A stretch of 64,000 nt of DNA from Candidatus Thorarchaeota archaeon (GTDB taxonomy: Archaea; Asgardarchaeota; Thorarchaeia; Thorarchaeales; Thorarchaeaceae): positions 3,518 to 67,517 of the forward strand of contig JBHIAE010000004.1 in NCBI GenBank assembly GCA_046758445.1. The letters are read 5' to 3'. Shown piece by piece: positions 36,150 to 45,229 of the stretch. Under the pieces are notes generated by a model. It saw nothing but the letters and a program-made list of their open reading frames with translations, was not told the DNA's origin and made no database searches. A program made the position numbers and the translations under genes. Position 1 is the stretch's first letter. Each line of letters opens with the position of its first letter.

Positions 36150-37937
36150 ATGCGTATTGACGAGCTTCGGAAGACATACTTGCGGTTCTTCAAGGAAAAG
36201 GATCACGCAATATTAGGCTCGTCATCGCTTCTTCCGGAAACTGATCCGACTGTTTTGTTCACCATGGCAGGAATGCATCCGCTTGTACCTTTTCTACTCG
36301 GCCAACCGCATCCTCAAGGAACTCGACTCGCAAACTGTCAGAAATGCATTCGGACCACTGATATCGATGAGGTTGGTGACACTACCCACCTCACGTTCTT
36401 GGAGATGCTTGGAAACTGGAGTCTTGGAGACTATTGGAAGGAAGAGGCAATAACCTGGAGCTATGAGTTCCTGACCTCCAAGGAGTGGCTTGGATTCGAT
36501 CCAGAGAAACTGTCTGTCACAGTATTTGAAGGGGATAGAGACGCTCCACGAGATGATGAAGCGGCTAAAGTATGGAAGAGTGTTGGTGTACCAGCGGAGC
36601 GCATCTACTATCTGCCAAAGAAGGATAATTGGTGGGGACCCCCGGGAGAAGTGGGCCCTTGTGGACCCAGCACAGAGATGTTCATTGAAGTAGATGAGAT
36701 ACCAAAGTGCGGTCCAGATTGCCAACCCGGCTGCAACTGTGGGCACTTTGTGGAGATTTGGAATGACGTCTTCATGGAGTACAACAGGACGAAGGACGGC
36801 ACATACGAGAAACTAGACCGAAAGAACGTTGACACAGGAATGGGCATGGAACGGACTGCAGCCATGCTCCAAGGAGTAGGCAGTGTCTACGAAACAGAAG
36901 GATTCCAGCCCCTCGTTGAGTGTGTAAAGCGGCTATCAGGGAAAGACGAGTTTGACGAGGAAGAGGTAAGACTTGTCCGGATAATCACGGATCACGTGAA
37001 GGCTTCCGTGATGATAATGGCTGATGACGCACAGATTGCTCCCTCAAATGTCGAACATGGGTACATAGTACGAAGACTCCTGAGAAAGGCCATCCTGAGC
37101 GCAGACAAGATGGGTATTGGGAAGGGTTTCATGAATGACTTGGCAGACATCGTGATTGACATCTACAGGGACGTCTACGATGAGGTGACAAGGAATCGCG
37201 ACTTCATTCATGAGAACCTTGAAGCAGAGGAAACCAAGTTCAGGAAGACTCTCAAGAAGGCTCTAGGCAAGTTCGACAGGATTCTGAAGGAAACGGGTTC
37301 CATAACAGGCACTGATGCCTTTTTGCTCTTCACGAGCTTTGGCCTCCCTCTAGAGATGACAAGGGATCTCGCCGAAGAGAATGGCATTGAGATAGATATG
37401 GAAGAGTTTCGGCGTCAATTCGAACATCATCGAGAGATCTCAAGAACTGCCACAGAAGGGAAGTTCAAGGGCGGCCTTGCTGACCACAGCGAAGAGATTA
37501 CAATGCTTCATACTGCGACTCATCTTCTACAGGCGGCACTCAGAATAGTCCTTGGGGATTCGGTTCGTCAGAATGGAAGCAACATTACTAGGGAGCGACT
37601 GCGCTTCGACTTCACCTTCCCGAGGAAACTCACTCCTGAAGAAGTTCAACAAGTGGAAGACTTGGTGAATGAAGTCATCGAGCAGGATCTGGAGGTTGAA
37701 CACAGGTTCATGCCCTACGATGAAGCGATTGAACAGGGAGCTCTGGCATTCTTCAGAGAAACATACGGGGATGAGGTTTCTGTGTACAAAGTAGGCGACT
37801 TCAGCATGGAACTGTGCGGAGGCCCTCATGTAGTACGGACTGGGGTACTGGGCCGCTTCAAGATCACAAAGCAGAAGAGCATCGGGTCAGGACTGATGCG
37901 AATCCGTGCTGTGATTAGTCCCGAAGGGTCACCATAG
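36150..37937 (+). CDS. alaS: alanyl-tRNA synthetase, short bacterial-type (catalytic + tRNA-recognition + editing domains; no C-Ala domain)
   Basis: Contains the class II AlaRS motifs [41 protein letters not shown] and [8 protein letters not shown].FIE. The editing domain has HTATHLL and MELCGGPHV. The ORF ends at 595 aa. Confidence 0.8.
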   Translation: [595 protein letters not shown]

Positions 37938-38051
37938 TCATAGAATGCGAAGGTCTATTTGCCCTGCCACTGTAAGAGCGGCCAAGTGGGAGTCTTAGCT
38001 CCTTTTCAATTCAGGAATATGAGATAAACGGTTCAACATGAGTGAAAGAAA

Positions 38052-38714
38052 ATGGGAACGTTCTCTAGGATTTTCGGACTGGGAGACAAGGACCTGCAGA
38101 AGCAGGCAGATGAGCTTCTCCTAAGACTCAGCAAGGCGCTTCAATCCGCGAGTGCAAAGCTGAACGTCTGTGCAGACGACTGGGATGAGGGAAAGACGAA
38201 GAACCTTGATGACCTTGAGTCGGAGATCATCAGCCTTGAGAGAGAGGCTGACGTCGTGAAGGACGAGCTCTTTGAGAAGATATTCTCTAAACGGGCATAC
38301 CTTCCGCAGCAGACTCAGGAGCGGCATGAACTAGTCATACATATGGACAGCGTCATAGACGCAGCAGAGGAAGCTGTGAGAATGATGCTGATAGGCCGCA
38401 AGTATGAGCCACCCAAGGAGATACATGAGATAGCCGAGAAAGGCTGGATTTGCACTGACCTTCTACAAGACGCAGTGAAGTATCTCTTTACTGACTTCAA
38501 GAAATCAGTTGAGTATACTATCAAGCTTGACAGAGTCAGAGAGGAAGCGAGAGATCTCCAGTTTGCGCTCCTAGAGAGGCTCTTCAACGATGAGAGATTC
38601 AGTCCGAAGGAAGTAAGTCTGTTCCGTGCCATCTCGGAGAGAATTCTTCGCGTGGCCATTAGGGCTGAGGAAACAGGCGATTTCATCCGAACGCTCGCTG
38701 TGAAGTACTCATAG
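38052..38714 (+). CDS. DUF47 / PhoU-like putative phosphate-transport regulator
   Basis: A ~220-aa helical protein immediately upstream of the PiT transporter on the same strand. This pairing is typical for DUF47 (YkaA-like) proteins. Confidence 0.65.
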   Translation: MGTFSRIFGLGDKDLQKQADELLLRLSKALQSASAKLNVCADDWDEGKTKNLDDLESEIISLEREADVVKDELFEKIFSKRAYLPQQTQERHELVIHMDSVIDAAEEAVRMMLIGRKYEPPKEIHEIAEKGWICTDLLQDAVKYLFTDFKKSVEYTIKLDRVREEARDLQFALLERLFNDERFSPKEVSLFRAISERILRVAIRAEETGDFIRTLAVKYS

Positions 38715-38731
38715 ACGGAGGGCCTTTTGGT

Positions 38732-39760
38732 ATGGACCCCCTCCTGTTAGGAGCCCTGCTCATCATCAGTTTTCTAGTTGCCTTTGCAATAGGGAGCAAT
38801 GATGAGGCCATGGCTCCTGCTGTTGGGGCGCAGGTGTTCACAGTGCGGGCTGCTGTAGCCATAGGAGCCTTGATCACAGTATTTGGAGCGGTGTCCATGG
38901 GGGGCAATGTATCTGAAAAGGTGGGGTCAGACCTAGTAGGAGGAATGACACTCACCACTGGAATGGTATTTGCCATCCTAATCTCAATGGCTATGTGGCT
39001 ACTGATTGCATCAGCGACAAAAGGTCTGCCAATTAGCACAACTCAATGTATCGTGGGTTCAGTGATTGGTGTCGCAATATTCGCTCCAGTCGCGGGCTAT
39101 TCCGATTGGGGGTTACAAACAATTGACTGGCTTGTAGTCCTTGAGGTCTTTGCAGGTTGGATCATCTCTCCAGTGATTGGATTCTTAATTGCCGCCGCTG
39201 TCTTCGCATTCGTAAGACGCATTCAGAAGAGAGCACAAGGGTTCACAGCTCTTGAGAGGCAGGAGAGAATCGCATCCTACGGGCTTGCCGTCTTTCTCAT
39301 TATCACGTCACTTGCCAGGGGAGGGAATGATGTCGCCAATGCGATAGCACCCTTGATAGTGCTGCCAGAGTTTGCAGGGACATTTGACGTGGCAATCGCC
39401 GTCGTGCCAGCGATAATCATCCCATTACTGGTTGGTGGAATCGGTATGGCAATTGGCCTCATAGTGATTGGTCGGAAAGTAATCAGGACTCTAGCTACAG
39501 AAGTAGTGACTCTATCTCCATCATCGGCACTCTCGGCAAGTGTATCAGTAGCCCTTGTGATGTTTGTGGGTACGCTTCTAGGACTGCCCTTGAGTGGAAC
39601 ACATGTACTAGTGGCAGCGTTGATTGCAGTCGGTTGGGTGTCAGAAACACCAGTTCAGATGACGCAAGTGAAAGAAATCCTGATTTCCTGGGTAGTCACT
39701 GTTCCCATATCAGCTCTGTTTGGAGTGGCTGTGCTTTGGATTCTTCAGGGTCTAGTCTGA
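38732..39760 (+). CDS. inorganic phosphate transporter, PiT family
   Basis: Contains GSNDEAMAPAVG and the second GGNDVANAIAPL signature repeat of the PHO4/PiT family. Confidence 0.8.
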   Translation: MDPLLLGALLIISFLVAFAIGSNDEAMAPAVGAQVFTVRAAVAIGALITVFGAVSMGGNVSEKVGSDLVGGMTLTTGMVFAILISMAMWLLIASATKGLPISTTQCIVGSVIGVAIFAPVAGYSDWGLQTIDWLVVLEVFAGWIISPVIGFLIAAAVFAFVRRIQKRAQGFTALERQERIASYGLAVFLIITSLARGGNDVANAIAPLIVLPEFAGTFDVAIAVVPAIIIPLLVGGIGMAIGLIVIGRKVIRTLATEVVTLSPSSALSASVSVALVMFVGTLLGLPLSGTHVLVAALIAVGWVSETPVQMTQVKEILISWVVTVPISALFGVAVLWILQGLV

Positions 39761-39827
39761 GTTTGGCTAGGGCGAGAATCCTGTGAAGCGCGAATCTCAT
39801 CAGAACGCTCATGAGCTCTTAGTGACC

Positions 39828-40580
39828 CTACCGATCGACTTGTGGAATCCTATGAATCAGGATATACTCCTTGGCCAGTTGTCCGATTTGCCTAGCCTCA
39901 TCCTTGGAAAGATGGACCCTTCGCTCTGATTGAGGGGTTTCTTTTCTGGTGGCCTCTATGATAGCAAGGTCTGTGCCGCGTGCCACAGTTTCGGCACCAA
40001 GGCAAGGTCTTGTGTCACCGGTGTAACCAATTATGGTGTCCCCAACGCGTACCCTATAACCCAGAGCTGGCATGAATACATCTCCTTCTGCAGCATTCTC
40101 CATGCCGTAATGCTCTACTCGGATTCCTTTCACCTTGAAGAAATCGGTGTCGAATTCTGAATCTGGTTTCAGCTCATGATACCAGAAACTGAAAGGAAGA
40201 GTGTCGCTGTAGGCCTTCCTAAAACCTCTGATTGCATCTATTGCCTCTTTGCAGCCCTCTGGTAGGAGAATGTGCAACTGTTCTGTCCTCTTCATCATGC
40301 GTAAAAAGCCGAGGAGCGAATGAATTCCACCCATGTGATCAAAATGACCGTGAGTGATTGATACTAGGTCAAGATCATGCACGAGTTGAGTACCGCCCCA
40401 TTCAAGCAGATCCCTGAGCGCACCATCACCCACATCCAACAGCATAATCTTGCCAGTGAATCTAGAGGTGAGAATGATGGTAGTGCCTACGCCCGCTGCA
40501 CTGAAGGGTATATGGACCTCAACCTCATCATTCTCCCAATGGAAGGGTCCTTGTTCAGATTCTTGATTCATTTGAATCAC
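39828..40580 (-). CDS. metallo-beta-lactamase-fold hydrolase
   Basis: Contains the HGHFDH metal-binding motif in LVSITHGHFDHMGG, plus downstream His/Asp ligands. Confidence 0.7.
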   Translation of the reverse strand: MIQMNQESEQGPFHWENDEVEVHIPFSAAGVGTTIILTSRFTGKIMLLDVGDGALRDLLEWGGTQLVHDLDLVSITHGHFDHMGGIHSLLGFLRMMKRTEQLHILLPEGCKEAIDAIRGFRKAYSDTLPFSFWYHELKPDSEFDTDFFKVKGIRVEHYGMENAAEGDVFMPALGYRVRVGDTIIGYTGDTRPCLGAETVARGTDLAIIEATRKETPQSERRVHLSKDEARQIGQLAKEYILIHRIPQVDR

Positions 40581-40660
40581 ATGCGTCTTGAAGTTCGAGA
40601 GTGCGGTGAGGTTCCTCGTGGAGGAATCTTGGGCGACTCCTCCATACTGGAACCGATAGA

Positions 40661-41884
40661 CTAGGATTGGTCATAGCCTAGCTTTGGAACTCGCGCAAGC
40701 CAGTTCAGGAAGTAACCTATGATAACTGAGATCACGAGGCCGCCTGATGCAAGGAGAAGCGTGTCAAAGAGCGTTGGAGTAGCCCCACTCAGAATCTGCA
40801 TCCAGCTCCAGTAGAATCCTGCCAGAGTCATTCCTGAGAAAGCCACCTTCTTCAGCGGCACCTTGACGCGCTTGGTCTGGAAGACGTCCATATCTGTCAG
40901 TGCGGCGGCCAGTGCGCCACCTTTGTCAGGCTTGAGTTTGAGGCGCTTCGAGAAGACGCCAACTGTCACCTTGCTCTTTGGCTTGACCACTTTCAATGCT
41001 TTTGGAGCGTAATCCGCAATGTCATCCGAGAAGTATCGCACAGCGCTTGGTACATCAATGCCACACTTCTGACACTCCACTGCGTTCTTCTTCCACTTCT
41101 TTCCACACTGTGGACACCTCTTGTGATCCCATGCGCTCCCAGCAGCCTCACTGACACGTTTCACGACCTCCTCTTTGCCTACCTTTTCAGCTTGTTTCTT
41201 TGGACTTCTCCTTAGCACGACCGCTGGTGGGAAGATCCCCACGTCTGAGGCGCTCTTTGCTCCTCGAAGCTTGCGTGCAGCAAATATCCCCCCTTGGAAA
41301 TCATCAAGTGCCATAATGAGGGAGAAGACAGCCATTATCGTGAACGTTAGTGTAAGGAGCCCGTTCAGTGAGAGTATTGCTCCGAAGCCCGTGGCTCCAA
41401 GTTGCATAATGAAATCCTGATTGAGTGCGGTATAGTTGCCTGGGTCCGCATCAAGCGTGTAGTTGAGCCCGAAGGATCCAAGCAACGTGCCTGACAAGAG
41501 ATCAATTCCGCCATAGGTTAGTGAGGCCAGGGGGACTGACGCATTCATTAGACTCGCTGTGTATCCTGACGGCACAGATGCACCTATTGAGAACGGTTGG
41601 TTGATGATTGGGACTCCGAGGTAGGTCATCATGAGGATTCCCGAGTGAAGTGTCATGTTCGCAGCCACATCTATTGTGATCTCAATGGTCATGCCTTCTG
41701 TCAGGTTTACTGGAATCTGGTTCGTTTCACTCGAGTCTGCAGCAGAAATACCATTCACTTCAAGTAGAAAGGACAGATTCCCATCATCCGTCCATGTCTG
41801 TGCCTGCACCGGTAACATCAGTGGCGCACACAGAGTGTACGCTAGAAACAGCAAGAGCGCAATCTGTGGTAGCGTCTTCTTCAT
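40661..41884 (-). CDS. membrane protein with a signal peptide, an extracytoplasmic domain, and a cytoplasmic segment carrying a zinc ribbon
   Basis: The signal peptide MKKTLPQIALLLFLAYTLCAPL precedes a TM (LLTLTFTIMAVFSLIMAL), then CPQCGKKWKKNAVECQKCG, and a C-terminal TM. Confidence 0.55.
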   Translation of the reverse strand: MKKTLPQIALLLFLAYTLCAPLMLPVQAQTWTDDGNLSFLLEVNGISAADSSETNQIPVNLTEGMTIEITIDVAANMTLHSGILMMTYLGVPIINQPFSIGASVPSGYTASLMNASVPLASLTYGGIDLLSGTLLGSFGLNYTLDADPGNYTALNQDFIMQLGATGFGAILSLNGLLTLTFTIMAVFSLIMALDDFQGGIFAARKLRGAKSASDVGIFPPAVVLRRSPKKQAEKVGKEEVVKRVSEAAGSAWDHKRCPQCGKKWKKNAVECQKCGIDVPSAVRYFSDDIADYAPKALKVVKPKSKVTVGVFSKRLKLKPDKGGALAAALTDMDVFQTKRVKVPLKKVAFSGMTLAGFYWSWMQILSGATPTLFDTLLLASGGLVISVIIGYFLNWLARVPKLGYDQS

Positions 41885-41987
41885 TCAAGACTATCCTCCT
41901 ATTGCCAAAGCATCGAAACGTGCTAAGTCTGCGTCACTTTAATGATTATCGAGTCTGTAATAGAGGGCGGGCATGACATGTCCATTC

Positions 41988-42365
41988 TCAGTACTTGCTC
42001 TTGAATGCGTCTTCTATCTCCCTATCAAACTCCTCGTCGTCATCAAGCTCGAAAACTACGCGACGCTTTGGTGGAGGAGGCGGCGGCATCTCCCAGTGCA
42101 AGGCTGCACCCAGCGCAATCCCACCAAAGGTGGAGAAGATACTAAGCATGACCTCGAAAGTCCCAACATCTGTAAAGAATCCAGACCCTGCATAGGCAAA
42201 GGCGATGATGGCCCCTCCAAAGAGTCCAAAGACGATGCTTAGCATTGCACGATCCCGAACTCTGAAACTCTTGTACCCTCCCAAAGAGTAGCCGATAACG
42301 AACCCAATCAGTAGACCGGGAAGACCCCAGATGAGTGCATCAAAGGGTGTGATGGCCTGCAGCAA
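41988..42365 (-). CDS. small membrane protein with a Pro-rich acidic tail
   Basis: Two or three predicted helices are followed by PPPPPPKRRVVFELDDDEEF. Confidence 0.4.
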   Translation of the reverse strand: MLQAITPFDALIWGLPGLLIGFVIGYSLGGYKSFRVRDRAMLSIVFGLFGGAIIAFAYAGSGFFTDVGTFEVMLSIFSTFGGIALGAALHWEMPPPPPPKRRVVFELDDDEEFDREIEDAFKSKY

Positions 42366-42380
42366 GACTCAATCCACTCG

Positions 42381-43043
42381 ATGGATGAATATGAAGTCAG
42401 CTCACATAATACTTACCATTTCAGATTTGGCCATCAAAACAGTTTTACTCTGCGAGAAGTAGCTGCGATAAGGTGCATTTCGTTGAGCGCGAGGACCGAG
42501 CTAATCCTTGGGGAGATATTAAGGCGTAGAAGTGGCCGGGCGTATTCGGATGAGCCAGTACCTGATGATATGTTAGAGTCAATCCTAGAGGCAGGCCGTA
42601 GAGCACCATCCTGTGGCAACACTCAAGCATGGAACTTCATTGTCTTGAAGGACAGAAACGTCTTGGAAACTGCACACGAAGCCTTGAGCCGAGGTAACTC
42701 ATGGTGTAAGAGAGCTCCAATCATGCTCATCGTCGCTGCAAGAGAGGACGGTGGATGTTCTTCACATGGACTACCCTATTTCATGATGGACATCGGTCTC
42801 ACTACTGAGAACATCCTTCTTCAGGCGTTTCATCTCGGACTGATGGCTCATCCCACTGCAGGCTGGAGTGAAAAGAAGCTGAAGGAGATAACGGGAATTC
42901 CTGAGGAGTATCGGATTGGAACTGTGATCTTCATTGGATATGAAGGAAACATAGAAGAGCTAAATGAAAGAAACCGTGAGAAGGAGAAGACTCCCTCTAC
43001 TAGAAGACCACTCTCTGAGATTGTACACTGGGACAGATGGTAA
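42381..43043 (+). CDS. nitroreductase-family protein
   Basis: Contains RRRSGRAYSDEPVPDDMLESILEAGRRAPSCGNTQAWNFIV, the nitroreductase FMN-binding signature. The true start is probably downstream of 42381. Confidence 0.7.
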   Translation: MDEYEVSSHNTYHFRFGHQNSFTLREVAAIRCISLSARTELILGEILRRRSGRAYSDEPVPDDMLESILEAGRRAPSCGNTQAWNFIVLKDRNVLETAHEALSRGNSWCKRAPIMLIVAAREDGGCSSHGLPYFMMDIGLTTENILLQAFHLGLMAHPTAGWSEKKLKEITGIPEEYRIGTVIFIGYEGNIEELNERNREKEKTPSTRRPLSEIVHWDRW

Positions 43044-43044
43044 T

Positions 43045-43212
43045 CTACGGCTTGTACTCCATGTATTCTCCACAGTGCTCCGGCACCGATTGACTACCAC
43101 AAGTTGCACCCATCCAACAGACTAGTTGGTCTCCCTCTTGGTGCATTTCCTTGCCGCAATGTATGGGAACGGCGATCTTCTCGCCGCACTTGGGACAGAC
43201 TAGGCTTGCCAC
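43045..43212 (-). CDS. small 55-aa zinc-ribbon protein, absent from the ORF track
   Basis: Hand translation gives (V/M)ASLVCPKCGEKIAVPIHCGKEMHQEGDQLVCWMGATCGSQSVPEHCGEYMEYKP, with Cys/His pairs in the CPKCG, HCG and CGS..EHCG arrangement. A GTG start is preceded by GGAGGA at 8-nt spacing. Confidence 0.35.
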   Translation of the reverse strand: MASLVCPKCGEKIAVPIHCGKEMHQEGDQLVCWMGATCGSQSVPEHCGEYMEYKP

Positions 43213-43312
43213 TACATTGTTCCTCCATGAGACTACTAAAAGGCTCGATCGTCTAAGCCTCTTAACTATCGTGAACGGTTTTGCTGCTATAAAGCTTTGC
43301 CTGAGGCCTCAG

Positions 43313-44611
43313 TCATTTGGACTTCGGATAGTACTTCTTCGGGTCCTCGCTGAATACTTTCTCGGCTGTCTTGTGAGCACCAGGGGTGTCAAGCTCAATG
43401 TCCCGCTTCAATGACCGGTCTTCTTCTAGGACCTCCTTGAATACTTCATTCTGAATTATGAGCCTTTGAACTTCGTTGCTCCCAGTCCATATCGTCGCGA
43501 GCCTTGCATCTCGAAAGAGCCGCTCGATTGGATAGACATCCGTGTACCCAATTCCGCCAAGAATCTGCATAGACTCATGGACTGCATTATAACCCGCCTC
43601 GGTGCAAAATGCCTTGGCCATGGAAACCTCCTTCCTACACCAAGCGCCTGTGTCTGCAACCTTTGCAGCCCGGTACGCAAGACCTCGGGCCGCATCGAGC
43701 TCCATTGTACAATCGGCGACTTTGAAACTAATCCCCTCAAACCTTCTGATTTGTCGACCAAAAGCTTCTCTCTTGTTTGCATATCGAATAGCGATCTCAA
43801 GGGCGGCTCTTCCCATACCTATGCAACCCGCAGCAGACGTCAGTCGTTCTGGAACCATCATCGCATTGAAGACATCATTTCCGCTGTTGAGCTCACCCAG
43901 AAGATTGTCCTCAGGAATCTCTACATCCTCCATGACGATCCTCGCGGCACCCATCCCTCTACATCCTAATAGTTCATACTCTTCCTCGACGCGGACTCCG
44001 TGGTTCCGGTCCACGAGAAACGCGCTGAGAGACTCGTGAGGCTTGGCTTCGAGGGCAGTCTTTGCATAGATTAGGAAGTAGTCAGCACCCACTCCTCCCG
44101 CAACAAAGCGCTTCTCACCATTGATGACGAACTTATCCTTCTCTCGAACTGCAGTGGTTATGGTTCCAAAGAAGTCTGATCCACTTCGCGGTTCAGTCAG
44201 TCCCTCGCCTCCGATTCTGTCACCTTTTAGTGTTGGAAGAAGATAGCCGCGTTTCTGTTCCTCAGTGCCGAACTTGTCGATTCCTTCTCCAATGATACTG
44301 GGGAGCGAATACGCGCAGCCGAGTGAGATTCCCAGAACGCCTATCTCTTCGATTGCGGCCATCTCAGATACCCACCCAAGACCACGTCCGCCGTACTCCT
44401 TCGGGAATCTTAGGCCAAGAATATTCTCCTTCCCAGCCGCCTTGACGAACTCGTATGGATACTCCTTTTCCCTCGAGTCCATCTTCAGGATAAGGTCACG
44501 ATCCACCTTGTCACGGACAAACGCTCGAACTTCGTCACGAACCTTCCTCTCTTTGTCGCTCAATAATACATCAAACACGATCCTAACCTCACGACTTGTA
44601 CCACTATGCAC
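43313..44611 (-). CDS. acyl-CoA dehydrogenase
   Basis: ACAD fold motifs are present (GLTEPRSGSD, FINGEKRFV, the C-terminal helical domain with IWTGSNEVQRLII). Confidence 0.85.
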   Translation of the reverse strand: MHSGTSREVRIVFDVLLSDKERKVRDEVRAFVRDKVDRDLILKMDSREKEYPYEFVKAAGKENILGLRFPKEYGGRGLGWVSEMAAIEEIGVLGISLGCAYSLPSIIGEGIDKFGTEEQKRGYLLPTLKGDRIGGEGLTEPRSGSDFFGTITTAVREKDKFVINGEKRFVAGGVGADYFLIYAKTALEAKPHESLSAFLVDRNHGVRVEEEYELLGCRGMGAARIVMEDVEIPEDNLLGELNSGNDVFNAMMVPERLTSAAGCIGMGRAALEIAIRYANKREAFGRQIRRFEGISFKVADCTMELDAARGLAYRAAKVADTGAWCRKEVSMAKAFCTEAGYNAVHESMQILGGIGYTDVYPIERLFRDARLATIWTGSNEVQRLIIQNEVFKEVLEEDRSLKRDIELDTPGAHKTAEKVFSEDPKKYYPKSK

Positions 44612-44948
44612 CCCGCAATAAAGAGTCTAGGGTGTCACCGGATCCACCTTCTCTCTTGACATGAATGGCATCTGATGGACACAGTAGTTCGCAGACAAAG
44701 CAGAGTATGCAATCGACCTCGCGGGCTGGGTCCACAACCTCACCCCACTCATCAGTAGCCCAACGATTGAAGACGTCTGTAGGACATGCCTCAACGCATT
44801 TCATGCAGCTGACGCAGGACTCCATGTGGACCCCGACAACGTCTCCGTGAATCGTGCCATCGGTTTCGCTGGACCCCCTCCAGACGGGATGGGCTTCATG
44901 ATGGGTCTGAACTGACCAGGTAGTTCTGAAGTCCCTGTCAATTGGCAC
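44604..44948 (-). CDS. 2x[4Fe-4S] ferredoxin
   Basis: Contains two cluster motifs, CVSCMKCVEACP and CILCFVCELLCP. The start may be the internal Met (MESCVSC). Confidence 0.7.
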   Translation of the reverse strand: MPIDRDFRTTWSVQTHHEAHPVWRGSSETDGTIHGDVVGVHMESCVSCMKCVEACPTDVFNRWATDEWGEVVDPAREVDCILCFVCELLCPSDAIHVKREGGSGDTLDSLLRGA

Positions 44949-45229
44949 GTCGCGTGAGGTAACGTCGCTTCTTATAGCACCTGTGCTCCTGCGGCTTCAA
45001 AGGCCTCTGCTACCGAGATGGTCCATCATTCTTCCGCTGGATCTGTGTTCTTTCGCCACTGAGCTCTTCCTAAACTGGAAGGTGTCGAACTATGCTCTGT
45101 CGGCGTACTGTTGCGGCTGTTCCTGAACCGATGGAATACCTTGAGTAGATAATCGATCTTCGTGTCTCATATGAATGACGTTGAAGCCTTGCTTCAATGA
45201 ACAGGACGTCATCATTGTGAAAGGATTAG

